Source of the DNA: an uncultured Verrucomicrobiae bacterium
Lineage (GTDB): Bacteria; Verrucomicrobiota; Verrucomicrobiia; Opitutales; Opitutaceae
Direction of reading: 5' to 3'
Assembly: GCA_963800005.1 (NCBI GenBank)
Contig: CAWCZH010000006.1
Coordinates: 1,690,226-1,754,225 of the forward strand
DNA: 64,000 nt
Part shown: piece by piece, positions 30,839 to 40,946 of the stretch
How positions within the stretch are numbered: the stretch's first letter is position 1
Layout of the letters: every line of letters starts with the position of its first letter
Program-made: the position numbers and the translations under genes
Notes under the pieces: model-generated
What the model saw: only the letters and a program-made list of their open reading frames with translations
Told to the model about the DNA's origin: nothing
The model's database searches: none

Positions 30839-30958
30839 TGGATTTCATCAAACCGGCCCGGATTGCGCCGAACACCAGGCATCAGCAGCCGGACCATGCT
30901 GCTATATACTGCTGTTCCGGGGATCGGATATTCCGTGCCGGATTGATGAAATCCGTGG
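30839..30958. repeat. Roughly 120-bp element bounded by 19-bp inverted repeats (atggatttcatcaaaccgg … ccggattgatgaaatccgt)
   Basis: The arms at 30839-30857 and 30938-30958 are reverse complements with 17 of 19 positions matching. The element lies between the convergent SGNH and flotillin genes. Confidence 0.4.
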
Positions 30959-31102
30959 TTAAAAAACAGCGCGATCACCGTAGCAGCGCCGACCGCCGAT
31001 GCCGTGTACCCGGTGCCTCCTTCATATAGCGGTCGCTATATAGGAAGTCATATATAAAAAAGCCCACCCGTTTCCGGGTGGGCTGGCTCAGGGGGACGGC
31101 GG

Positions 31103-32923
31103 TTACCGCGGGATCGCCACGGGGGCGAAGGCTTTCACTTCCTTCTGGATCAGCCCGGCGACGAGCATCTCTATAATGGTCGAACCGGATCCATTCCCAT
31201 TCCCGCCCGCCATGATATCTGGAACGAGCTTCTGCCCGCTTGCGGCTAAGGCGCGGGCGACTTCCACGCGCACGTAGTTCTCGGCATCGGTGGCGGCCAC
31301 CTTTTGCTTGATGACCTCCGCCTCGGCCAAGCCTACGAGCTTTGTCTTCTCAGCCTCGGCGCCACCGACGACTTTTAATACATTGGCATCAGCGTTCGCG
31401 AGGGTCGTCCGCGAGCGGGCCTGGCCTTCGGCTTGCTTGATCGACGCCTGGGCAGCGAAGTCCGCGATCGCGACGCTGCGTTCGGAGTCGACGACCTTTG
31501 CTTGGGTGTCGGCGAGGGCGCGGGCTTGCTGCAGCTCCTTGCGCACGCCCTCGGCTTTGCGCTGCGTTTCAAACGTCACCTCTTCCTGCTCCGCGATTTT
31601 GCGGTCGGTCAGCGTCTTCATCAATTCCGCCGGCGGCACGATATCGCCGATGAGCGTGTCCACCGCGCCGACATTATATTGCGCGAGCGCGGAGCCGATT
31701 TTCGCCTTCGCATCGGCCTGGCGCTCTTCGCGTTTTTTCAGGAACTCGATCACGTCCGAACCTTGCGCTGCGTTGCGGAAGTAATTTCCGATCGTGGGCT
31801 CGAGCACCTGGGTGACGAGATTCTCCATACTGCCGAAGCGCGCGATGACCTTGGGCGCGTCGTTGCGCGGTATATGAATGATCTGGCTCACATCCAGGTT
31901 GAAGCGAAAGCCGTCCGACGAACGCACCGTGATGGTCGAGAGTTTTTCGTCGAGCCGGTGCGCCTCCGATTTTCCCGTCGCCCAGTTGAGCACGACGTTG
32001 GCGGTGGGGACGTTCGCGACGCTATGGGTGCGGGGATTGATGGGATACCGGCCGGGGTCAAGTGGTTCGACCCACACGCCCTTCTTGCCCTTCTCGACGA
32101 GGTTGCCGTGGCGAAATGACTCGCCGGTGATGTCTTTTCCTTCCGGCCCGATATATGAAATGACGACGCCGGCGTGCGCGATCGGGACAACTGTCATGTC
32201 GACGGTCTCGATCGTGGCGAAGAGCGGGTTGACGAAGTAGCAGCCGGAGAGCAGCACCTGCTCCTGCAGGCCTTTATATCCACCTGCGGCAATGAACGCC
32301 TCGCCGTTCTGAAACATATTGTGATTCTCGACGCGGGTGCCGGCGATCTCGCCCGTGGGCAGGCCTTGGCCGTCCTTGGTGGTGACGATGCCAATGCGGT
32401 TGTCCTGGATTTCGAGGACGTCGACCATCGTCACCGAGAACAGCTCGGTGTTGATGCGGTAGGTCCCGGGCGGGATGATGGCGATCTGCGGGCCGCGTTG
32501 TCCGCCGTTCTTCAGAAACGCGCGGGCGTTCTGGAAGGAGTCGCATTCGACGGCGCGCGAGAGGACGCGGCCGTGGGAGAGAGGGATGCCGTCGCGGGCC
32601 TCGACGATGCCGATTTTTCCCTCTTCGACGTCGATGAACGGAACGAGGCTGATAGTATATTGCCACGGGTAGAGCCAGCTGTGCATGCCGGGCGCGAGTG
32701 TGTCGGCCTGGATGCCGGCTTCACCCTCGAGTGCGATGATGGCGCCGTCGGGCAGGGTGCGCCTGGTGCCGACGAGTACATAGCGTTTCGTGACGATGCC
32801 GACGCGGTTGTTCGGGATGAGGACGATGCCGAGGAGGCGCAGGACGAGCTTGTAGCAAACGAGCAGGAGCACGAGCGCGCCGAGCCACCATAGCCCCATG
32901 ACCGCTGACGATGAGAGATTCAT
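31103..32923 (-). CDS. Flotillin-like SPFH/band-7 protein
   Basis: N-terminal TM segment, an SPFH domain, and a long Ala/Glu/Lys/Gln-rich coiled-coil tail (…AEQEEVTFETQRKAEGVRKELQQARALAD…). Confidence 0.85.
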   Translation of the reverse strand: MNLSSSAVMGLWWLGALVLLLVCYKLVLRLLGIVLIPNNRVGIVTKRYVLVGTRRTLPDGAIIALEGEAGIQADTLAPGMHSWLYPWQYTISLVPFIDVEEGKIGIVEARDGIPLSHGRVLSRAVECDSFQNARAFLKNGGQRGPQIAIIPPGTYRINTELFSVTMVDVLEIQDNRIGIVTTKDGQGLPTGEIAGTRVENHNMFQNGEAFIAAGGYKGLQEQVLLSGCYFVNPLFATIETVDMTVVPIAHAGVVISYIGPEGKDITGESFRHGNLVEKGKKGVWVEPLDPGRYPINPRTHSVANVPTANVVLNWATGKSEAHRLDEKLSTITVRSSDGFRFNLDVSQIIHIPRNDAPKVIARFGSMENLVTQVLEPTIGNYFRNAAQGSDVIEFLKKREERQADAKAKIGSALAQYNVGAVDTLIGDIVPPAELMKTLTDRKIAEQEEVTFETQRKAEGVRKELQQARALADTQAKVVDSERSVAIADFAAQASIKQAEGQARSRTTLANADANVLKVVGGAEAEKTKLVGLAEAEVIKQKVAATDAENYVRVEVARALAASGQKLVPDIMAGGNGNGSGSTIIEMLVAGLIQKEVKAFAPVAIPR

Positions 32924-33080
32924 AAATCACCCTGGTTGAAGCAGTCCGGCGAGACTGCCGGATTGACCGACAATGGACCGTCGCGGCTGCGTTGCAACTT
33001 TATAGTGTACGTTTAATACACATCAGAGATACGTATAAAAATAGTGTTGCAAAAATGTTCGACAAGGGATTGCTCGGGGC

Positions 33081-33359
33081 ATGGCGAAAACACCGGCGGT
33101 GCCGACGGAGCGGGAGTATATTGCGGCCCGACTGCACCCGGTGATCCAGGCTCTGCGCGATGATCGGGTGTTGCGGGAGGAGTTTTTGCTCTTCGCGCGG
33201 GAGCGCGGCGGCAACATGGCGCTCACGCTCGAGCGGTTGAAGACCGTGTGGTGGCCGAGCCGGAAATCGATGTATCCCGGATTCTTTGTGCTCGTCGTCT
33301 ACGAGTTCGGCGCGGAGCACGGATTGCTGGCCGCACCGGTCCGGCGGCGGCGCACCTAG
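33081..33359 (+). CDS. Hypothetical small protein
   Basis: 92-aa ORF divergent from the flotillin gene. No recognised domain. Confidence 0.3.
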   Translation: MAKTPAVPTEREYIAARLHPVIQALRDDRVLREEFLLFARERGGNMALTLERLKTVWWPSRKSMYPGFFVLVVYEFGAEHGLLAAPVRRRRT

Positions 33360-33437
33360 AAGCGAGCCGCGGAGCGGTGGGCGATCGCTATATAGCCTGG
33401 ATATAACCCGGCTGGCGGACGTTGCTAGACGCGCGGG

Positions 33438-33480
33438 GCGATCGGCAAAGAAAAAGGGGCAGGCCGCGTGGCCTGCCCCG
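33438..33480 (-). terminator. Rho-independent terminator downstream of the M14 gene
   Basis: Minus-strand stem GGGGCAGGCC-acgc-GGCCTGCCCC (10-bp perfect stem) followed by TTTTTCTTT. Confidence 0.55.
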
Positions 33481-33507
33481 GAATGGGAAACGCTATATAT
33501 CCCGGAG

Positions 33508-36398
33508 CTATAGCGTTGTCGGCGTGGCGGACCCGTAGTAAAGCCCGTTGAAGAACAGCTTGAACGTGCCGTGCGTTGTGGCGCGGAAGGTCGCCTCGAG
33601 GCCGAGGAGGACGAGCTTGCCGCGGCCGATGCTCGCCTCGGCGGCGATGCTGCCCTGGTCGAGGTACTGCTGGCCGAGCGCCCAGCCGCTATATAGAGGC
33701 GTCTTGCTGTCGAACCACGCGAGCCGGTTGACCTTCACCGGCGAGTTCGTGATCGGCGCGAAGACCGGGCTGCTGTCGAAGAAGATATATCCTTCCGAGG
33801 GCATGCCGTAGGCGACGGGATTCTGGTTGTCGAACTTCGCGCGCAGGATCGAGCCGGGCACGTAGAACTTGTCGCTCGGCAGCGGCTTCACCGTGCCGTC
33901 GGGAGCGGTTTCCACGAGGTGATTCTTGACCGGCAGGCCCATCTCCTGGCCCACCACCGCGGAAGAACCGAGCGCCAGGATCGTGCCGCCTTCATCGACG
34001 AACGTCTTCAGCGGCGGGACCGTCTTCGCCTCGCTGACGCCGCCGAGCATCGAGCGGTATTCCTCGGGGATCGACGTGGCCTGCGGGCTGTAGCTGGCAC
34101 CACCCGACCCGGCGAAGCCAACGCCGTAGTTGGTCGTCATCACGCGTTGCACCCGGGCGGCGTCGGACGAGCGCGCACCCGCGGCGAACGACTGACTGGG
34201 GAACACGAGGACATCGAAGCTGGTCTTCAGGTTGCCCGCGTCGAGAACTTGCGGATATATCATCTCGAAGGGGAATTCATATTGCTCGAAGATCCAGCGC
34301 ACCCAGCCCGACGGCATCAGGCCGCCGTAAAGATCGAGCAGGCCGATGCGCACGGGCTTGAGCTTATACGCTTCGCCGGTGGGCTTCTGCGTCACGCCGT
34401 ACGCGGCAACGCCCAATTCCTTGGCGGCTTTTTCGAGGATCGGCTGGGCCGCGGGAGATGCCGGGATCCAGAGCGACCCGGTGCCGAGCCCGATGCCACC
34501 GACCGTCTGCTCGTCCTTGAGCCAATATACATCGGCGCCCGCCTTGAGCAGGCGGTTGGTGAGAATGATCGAATCGTTTTCCTTGTGGCTAACGAGGTAG
34601 CCGACGGGATTCGCCGGGCCTTGCACACTGGCCACGGGCGGTGCCTCGAGATCCGAGGTGACCTTGGCGAACGGCCCGTCGAAGCCATCGAGGATCGAGT
34701 CGTAGGTCACGCCCATCTGCTTCGCGAGCGTCCAGCCCGCGATATCATACGGCGGGATCGGCGGGCCGCCGGGATACGCGAAATCGTTCGGGTGATCCTG
34801 TGGTTGGAACATATCCATCACGAACGGCCGAAACGCCTGCGCGGCCTTCACTATATATGAACCGGCGGGGTAGGATTTGCCGGCGACGGTGAACGCCGCG
34901 GTGGCCTTGTGGATGGTGATGCCGTTCTTCATGAGCGCGTTGATGAATTTCACCGCGGTCGGAAAATCGGGCTGGTCGGCCGGAATGATATAGCCGCGCG
35001 GATCGCGCTCGGCCGGATCCTGGAGCACGCTCTCGTAGAAGCGCGTGGGCACGACGGCGGCGCTCAGTCCGCCGGCGTTCATGACGCCGCTGACGGTGAG
35101 ATCGCGGCGCAGGCCCGGGACCTCGGGTTCGGCGGCGTTGACCAGCGCGTTGATGCGCTTCGGGGAAATCGTCCAGTTGTCATGACTGCCGCGTTCGATC
35201 GAATTCTTGCCCATGCGATATATATTCAGCAGCAGGAGCTCGCGATTGCGGGAAGCGTAATCCATGACCGCGCGATTCATCTCGATCGAGTAGTCGACCG
35301 ACTGGCGGTAATGCCAGGTCTGCGGCTTGATCGGCATCGGCCAGTCGCCCTGCGGCAATTGTTTATTGGGCGCGAGGCCGATCGCCATCGGGTTGGGTCC
35401 GCCGATGATTTCGGTCAGGATGCCGATCTGATTGTGGAAATACGGGGTCGGTGCGGCCGCCGCCGTTCCACCACGTCGAATAATTGGCGGCGGAGCGCAT
35501 CGCGGAGCCGGCCATGCCGTGCGAGATGAGACGCTCGTGAATCGCCATCGCCGACGCGGTCGATGCCGATCGGGATCAGCGGATCGAGGTTATAGTTGAA
35601 CGGATCGCGGAATGGCGGAATGAACACCACCTGGCCCTCGGGGCCCGGTCTGGTGGTGATTATACATGATCTGCGGGAACCACTCCCGGTAGAGGATGCG
35701 GTTGATATTAATCGTCTCCGGCATGCTTGCCATGAAGAAGTCGCGGTTGTTGTCATGGCCTATATACTTTTGATACATCCGCGGCACGCCGACGAACGAG
35801 CGGTTGGTCTCGTCGGGCTCGCGCATATACCAATTCGCGATGAGCTCGACGCCGTCGGGGTTCGCATTGGCCGCGAGCAGCACGACGTCGTCGCAGGAAA
35901 CGCATCGTCTCCGGGTCGGTGCGGCTGATCATCTGGTACACCCATTCGCTGAGCGACTGGGAATGTTCGCTCTCCGAGGAGTGCATGCCGCCGTCGATCC
36001 ACACGACGGCCTTGCCTTCGGCGGCGAGGGCCTGAGCCTGATTTTCGTCCACGCCCTCGGCCAGCGCGAGTTTCTTGCGCGATTTCGCGCAGGCGGTCGA
36101 GCTTCGCGAGGTTGGCCGGCGAGCTGATGATCGCCATATATTGAGGACGTCCCTCGGCGGAGTTGCCGATGCTCACGAGCTTCATGCGGTCGGACTCGGT
36201 CGCCCATTTTTTCCACATCGCCGTGATCTGAGTATAGTTGGCCATGTGGTAATCGGCTCCGATATCGAAGCCGATGATGGCCTTGGGGGGCGTGATCTTG
36301 GGCGGCGTGGGAGCCGCGTTCGCCCAGAAGGGCAGGGTGAGTGCGAACAAGCCGGCCACGAGCCGGAGCGAGGATCGTCGAATCATATAGTGTGCCAT
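33508..36398 (-). pseudogene. M14 family zinc carboxypeptidase, disrupted by multiple frameshifts
   Basis: The N-terminal signal and M14 start (MIRRSSLRLVAGLFALTLPFWANA…NYTQITAMW…) are in one frame. The next M14 blocks (…VVWIDGGMHSSESEHSQ…, …NPDGVELIANWYM…YQKYIGHDNNRDF…, …FNYNLDPLIPIG…) fall in three other minus-strand frames between about 35.4 and 36.1 kb. The long 626-aa C-terminal frame (33508..35388) is intact. Confidence 0.7.
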
Positions 36399-36945
36399 GG
36401 AAAGAAACGTCGGGAAACGCCGGTGTCGGCAGGGAGAGCGGGAAGCTCCGATCGGAAGGAGACTCCCGGAATCGGGATAATGTCCATCTAGCATTTTGCC
36501 GGCCGTGGCCCAGTGCACAAGCCGGGCGCCGGTCATCAGAAGTCCCGCTAACGACGCGCGCCCGCAGGGCTAACGTCAGCCCTCCCAGCGTGTCGCAGTT
36601 CGTCGGCCCGGCGCAAGGCGGCGTTCCATTGATGCCGCCGGGCTGCCCCGGGCCATTCGCTGATATATATCTCTGTGTCCTCCACAAACCTCATATATAC
36701 ATATAGTGAATATGTAGGTATATGCGACCCACCACGCGGCCCGCCCATGCGGCGGGCTGAGGGCGATCGCGGGGCTGCTGCCGCGTGACGTTGCGTAGGG
36801 CACCGATCGGCGGGGGGCGGGGTCGGCAGCGGCGGTCGCGATCTTCGTGCAAGCTCGCGCTCGCCTTTCCCAAAAAAAGAGCCTAACGAATTCTTGGACC
36901 CTGCGTCTTTGCTGGCTCCTTTTTGCTCCGCCCGTTCCACCTCCT

Positions 36946-37509
36946 ATGAAGCTTTCAGCTGTCCTCGTCCTGACTCTTTCCCTTGCGCTGAGCCCGGCGC
37001 TCCTGCCCGCCGCGCCGGCGTCGGCCACGCCGCCTGCCGCCGCGAAGGTGGATGAGTACGCGGGCGCGCAACGCTATATACAAGTTTACGAGTGCAATGG
37101 TGATAATTGCCGGCGCATCACGCTCGCTGATGCGCAACTCGTGATCGAGATCCCGGACTCGGCTGCGCCGGAAAGCGGGGATGCGTTTGCGACTGGGAAA
37201 AAGCAGGTGATCAAGCTCGATCCGGCGGTCGCGAATGCGGCTTGGGAGAAGATCATGAAACTCGACGTGCTCAAGTGGCGCGGGGGTTATGATGCGCGGG
37301 ATCTCGGGCAGGAGGACTCGGGCGGCACCGAGTGGTCGATGGAAGCCCGCATCGGCAAGGACAAGCGCCGGAGTCGCGGCGTGAACGCATTTCCCGGACT
37401 CTCGCCCCTCGGCATCCCGCAGCTCGGCGGCGGCGGCAACGTGCCGGATTCCGAGAGTGCCTATAGCGAGCTGATGGACATCTTCAAGGCGCTGTCGCAC
37501 GGCAAGTAA
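36946..37509 (+). CDS. Hypothetical secreted protein
   Basis: Signal peptide from MKLSAVLVLTLSLALSPALLPAAPA. About 187 aa. No recognised domain. Confidence 0.45.
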   Translation: MKLSAVLVLTLSLALSPALLPAAPASATPPAAAKVDEYAGAQRYIQVYECNGDNCRRITLADAQLVIEIPDSAAPESGDAFATGKKQVIKLDPAVANAAWEKIMKLDVLKWRGGYDARDLGQEDSGGTEWSMEARIGKDKRRSRGVNAFPGLSPLGIPQLGGGGNVPDSESAYSELMDIFKALSHGK

Positions 37510-37604
37510 TCGGCGAGGCGGCTTGCGGCCGTGCAGCAATTATATAGGTATGCATATACATATATGTACGGTCGGGGAGTGGCGGTGCGTGAGACTTCAG
37601 TGAT

Positions 37605-37650
37605 CGGGGCGTTTTTTGTCGCGGAATTCGTCAAACCGGCACGGATTTCA
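37605..37650. repeat. Second copy of a ~45-bp intergenic element (…tttttgtcgcggaattcgtcaaaccggcacggatttcactcgg…)
   Basis: It matches 30826-30870 at about 80% identity. Both copies share the core TCAAACCGGCMCGGATT and would encode (D/E)F(I/V)KPARI(A/S) if translated. Confidence 0.35.
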
Positions 37651-37828
37651 CTCGGACTCAGGCGACTTATATAGTTGCCTTAGGATTGAGTAATCCATGT
37701 TGGATTGGTCTAATCCCTGTCAAAAGAAACGGTGCGATCACCCCGGATCGACCATATCCCCCCTGAAAGCTGGGAGGGGCCATGGCGGAACGCTTGCGCG
37801 ATGGCCGCGCGTGTTTGACGATGCGCGC

Positions 37829-38788
37829 ATGAAAATCGCCGGCCAGTTTCCCGAGGAGATGAGTGCTGACGGCGCGTTCGAGCGACAGGAGGACGCGTTT
37901 CGAAATTTCGTCTCCGCTGACGGATCCACTCCGTTCCCGGCGGAGGCGGATCGCTATCATCTGTATGTTTCGCTGGCGTGCCCGTGGGCGCATCGCACCG
38001 TGATCGCGCGCCAGCTGTTTGGACTCGACGGTGTGATCGGGCTGACCGTCCTCGATCCCGTGCGCGACGAGCGCGGCTGGGCGTTTCGCGATGGCGACGG
38101 ATTTTCCCGTGATCCGGTGAATGGCTTCCAATTTCTCGCCGAGGCGTACGAGGCGTCGCAGCCGGGATACCGGGGGCGTTTTACGGTGCCGGTGTTGTGG
38201 GACCGAAAGACGCGGCGGATCGTCAATAATTCCGAAGATGATATCTGCCGCATGTTCGATGGCGCGTTCGCGGCGTTGCGCGCCGGGGCGGGCAGGACCG
38301 CGAGCTGGTTTCCGCCGGCGATCGCGGTCGAGCAGCGGGAGGTATCGGCTGCGATCTATACACAGGTGAACAATGGTGTATATGAATCCGGCTTCGCGAC
38401 GCGCCAGCCGGTATATGAACGCGCCTGCCGCGAGGTCTTTGCGGGGCTGGACCGGTGGGAGGCGCGGCTGACGTCGCAGCGTTTTCTTTTTGGCCGCGAG
38501 CCGGTCGAGTCGGACTGGAGATTGTTCTGCACGCTCGTGCGCTTCGATGCGGTTTACTATAGCCACTTCAAGTGCAACCTCCGCCGCATCGTCGACTACC
38601 CGGCGCTGCACGGATACCTTTGCGATCTCTATAACCAGCCCGGCGTCGCCGCCACGGTGCGGCTGGACCACATCAAGAATCATTACTATATAACTCACGA
38701 CGATATCAATCCGACGCGCATCGTGCCGGTGGGCCCGATCCTGAGCTTCGCCCGCGATCCCCGGCGGGAGCAGCTCACTGGCAGCTGA
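37829..38788 (+). CDS. yqjG: Glutathionyl-hydroquinone reductase (Xi-class GST, YqjG/ECM4-like)
   Basis: The hallmark DRYHLYVSLACPWAHRT (Cys-Pro-Trp-Ala) active-site motif is present. The N-terminal region matches the E. coli YqjG N-terminus as recalled from memory. Confidence 0.85.
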   Translation: MKIAGQFPEEMSADGAFERQEDAFRNFVSADGSTPFPAEADRYHLYVSLACPWAHRTVIARQLFGLDGVIGLTVLDPVRDERGWAFRDGDGFSRDPVNGFQFLAEAYEASQPGYRGRFTVPVLWDRKTRRIVNNSEDDICRMFDGAFAALRAGAGRTASWFPPAIAVEQREVSAAIYTQVNNGVYESGFATRQPVYERACREVFAGLDRWEARLTSQRFLFGREPVESDWRLFCTLVRFDAVYYSHFKCNLRRIVDYPALHGYLCDLYNQPGVAATVRLDHIKNHYYITHDDINPTRIVPVGPILSFARDPRREQLTGS

Positions 38789-38940
38789 TGGCTAACGGAG
38801 GCGCCGCGCGGATTGTATATAGTGCGGGCGTGGCGCCCTCGCGGCAAGCCGAGCTCGAGGTGGAAGACAGTATCTTGGGCCGCCTAGGCGGCGCAGCTGC
38901 GGCCGATGCCGCCGGGTTCCGTGGCCCCGGGGCGGCCGCG

Positions 38941-39795
38941 TCAGGACGCGGTAGGGGCCGTGTCGGGCGAGAGGATCGCGTCCGCTTCGAGGGAGGCCTG
39001 CATGATAATCGCGTCGAGGTCAGTGGAGCTGAGTCCCAGCAACTCGAGGGCTTCGCGGCGGAACCGCACGGCGTAAGCCCCACGGCCGTAGCCGTGCCCG
39101 AGCGTGTGCGCGACGATGTCGCCGAGGTGAACGCAGGCCGTCATGCGCACCGAGCTCTCCGCGCGGGCCGGGTCGTGGTGGTGCCAGACGGCGGCGACGA
39201 GATGCTCGGGGAAATTCCAGCGGGCGAGCAGGCGGCCGCCGATCTCCGCGTGTTCCACTCCGAGCGCGTCCTTCTCGGCCTCGACGAAGGACTGCACGGT
39301 ATTCTCGGGATCGTTGACCAGGTCGCTATATACTCCCTCGACCGACGTGCTGAGAATGAGTTTGCCGAGATCATGGAGGAGCGCGGCTGTGAAGACCGCA
39401 GACTCATCCTCACCGGCCTTGCGCGCGATGATTTGCGCGGCGACCGCGGTGACAGCGCTGTGTTTCCAGAGATCGCCCTGGGCGATGCCGTAGCCGGCCT
39501 GCGCGGCGCCGAGCGTGCGCTCGCCAACGACTCGCGCGACCACTCTATATACACCACCGAGGCCGATGCGGACCACGGCTTCCTGCAGATGTTGGGCAGG
39601 CGCGGCGAATCCATAATGCGCGCTGTTGCAGCGGCGCAAAACCTGGGCGGTGAGCGACGGGTCGAAGGTGATCAGCCGCACGATATCCGCGGCGTCCGTC
39701 TCATCCTGCGCGAGCATATGAAGTAATTCCGGGAGCATGCGCGGCGCTGGCGGCAGCGCGGTGACGCGATCAATGAAGGAGTCCAGTTTTTGCAT
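38941..39795 (-). CDS. HDOD domain signalling protein
   Basis: Typical HDOD N-terminal helices and the LLHDLGKLIL HD-like motif. Confidence 0.8.
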   Translation of the reverse strand: MQKLDSFIDRVTALPPAPRMLPELLHMLAQDETDAADIVRLITFDPSLTAQVLRRCNSAHYGFAAPAQHLQEAVVRIGLGGVYRVVARVVGERTLGAAQAGYGIAQGDLWKHSAVTAVAAQIIARKAGEDESAVFTAALLHDLGKLILSTSVEGVYSDLVNDPENTVQSFVEAEKDALGVEHAEIGGRLLARWNFPEHLVAAVWHHHDPARAESSVRMTACVHLGDIVAHTLGHGYGRGAYAVRFRREALELLGLSSTDLDAIIMQASLEADAILSPDTAPTAS

Positions 39796-39797
39796 GA

Positions 39798-40331
39798 TCA
39801 GCTGGCGGAGTAAAGGGTGGCCGGCTCCGGTTTCGCGCTGGTCCTGACGCGCACTTCTCCGGAAGCGAGGCTGAGTGCGAGGCGTCGGCTGACCATGCCG
39901 CCCACGTCCTGCGCGGCGACCTCGAGCCCGTGTTCCCGCAGCAGCGCAACGGCAGCTTCCTGGTTGCGTTTCGCTATATTAAATACCCCGGACTGATCCA
40001 TCATGTGCGCGCCGCCGGCGAGGCAGACGATCAGCCGGCTTTTCTCGGCTTTCAGCGCGAGCGCCGCCTCGAGCAGCGCGGGGATGCCGGTGTTCGCGAA
40101 CATCGCGGGACGTTGCAGCGCCTTGGCCGCGCTGATGGACGAATCCGGCAGCATGAAATGGAGGATGCCGCCGACGCGGGTCACGGGGTCATATATAGTG
40201 AGTCCGATGGAGGAGCCCAACGTCGACGTGGTAAGAAGCGCGCCGGGTTTGTCGGACGCAGAAAAATCAGCGACGCTCACCACGAAATGATATTCGGCGC
40301 GGGCGGGTAGCGGAGGATTGGAAACGGCCAT
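39798..40331 (-). CDS. cheD: Chemoreceptor glutamine deamidase CheD
   Basis: 177 aa with CheD-family conserved blocks (…GGILHFMLPDS…, …LAGGAHMM…). It ends 3 bp before the HDOD gene starts, so the two are likely co-transcribed. Confidence 0.8.
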   Translation of the reverse strand: MAVSNPPLPARAEYHFVVSVADFSASDKPGALLTTSTLGSSIGLTIYDPVTRVGGILHFMLPDSSISAAKALQRPAMFANTGIPALLEAALALKAEKSRLIVCLAGGAHMMDQSGVFNIAKRNQEAAVALLREHGLEVAAQDVGGMVSRRLALSLASGEVRVRTSAKPEPATLYSAS

Positions 40332-40946
40332 GAACGGTCGTGAAGAAGGTCAGTGGTTGGAGGGAATCCGGTTGGTTGCGCAGCGCTCAGGCTGCGGAAC
40401 TTCCAGGTTGGGCAACAGAACGCCGGGCGTGCCGCCCAGACGATCCCCGTTGCGAAAATGGATATACTGGAAAAGTCACAGTCGTGGCCGACCACGCCGG
40501 AGGGGTGGGGCCTGTTGATTCTATCGGTAACTCCGGCGCGCAGTTAAACGCGGAGTTTGGGCGTTTTCAGGCGGCCCGTCATAGATGCTTCGCACCAACT
40601 AGTTGCGTTCGACCGCCGGGTCCTCGACCTCCGCCTCGCGTCCCAATATACGAGGCTATATAGCGCCATCGCGACTGCGGACGACGTCGATTGTATAAAG
40701 CCGTGGCACCCGAAGCGGCTCAATCTTGACAACTTCTTCAAAAGTTCGCGGCTGCGCGGACGAGGCGAGGACGCAGAAAACGCCGGGGCCCGGGGTGCCG
40801 GCGAGGATAATTCCGCCGACACCGCGGCGCGCAACGCGAGCTGCCGCGATGCGCGTGCTGCTGTATATATCTGAAGTTCCGCCGTATACCGCGGGCGCCT
40901 GGCCCGAAGTATATAGCGGCGCTTCCCGACGGCGAGCGCGGCCCGC

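Noticed and set aside
30838-31029. 64-aa ORF MDFIKPARIAPNT… within the SGNH/flotillin intergenic region
   Set aside because: It is more parsimoniously part of the repeated ~45-bp non-coding element. The second copy at 37.6 kb has no start codon and an immediate stop.
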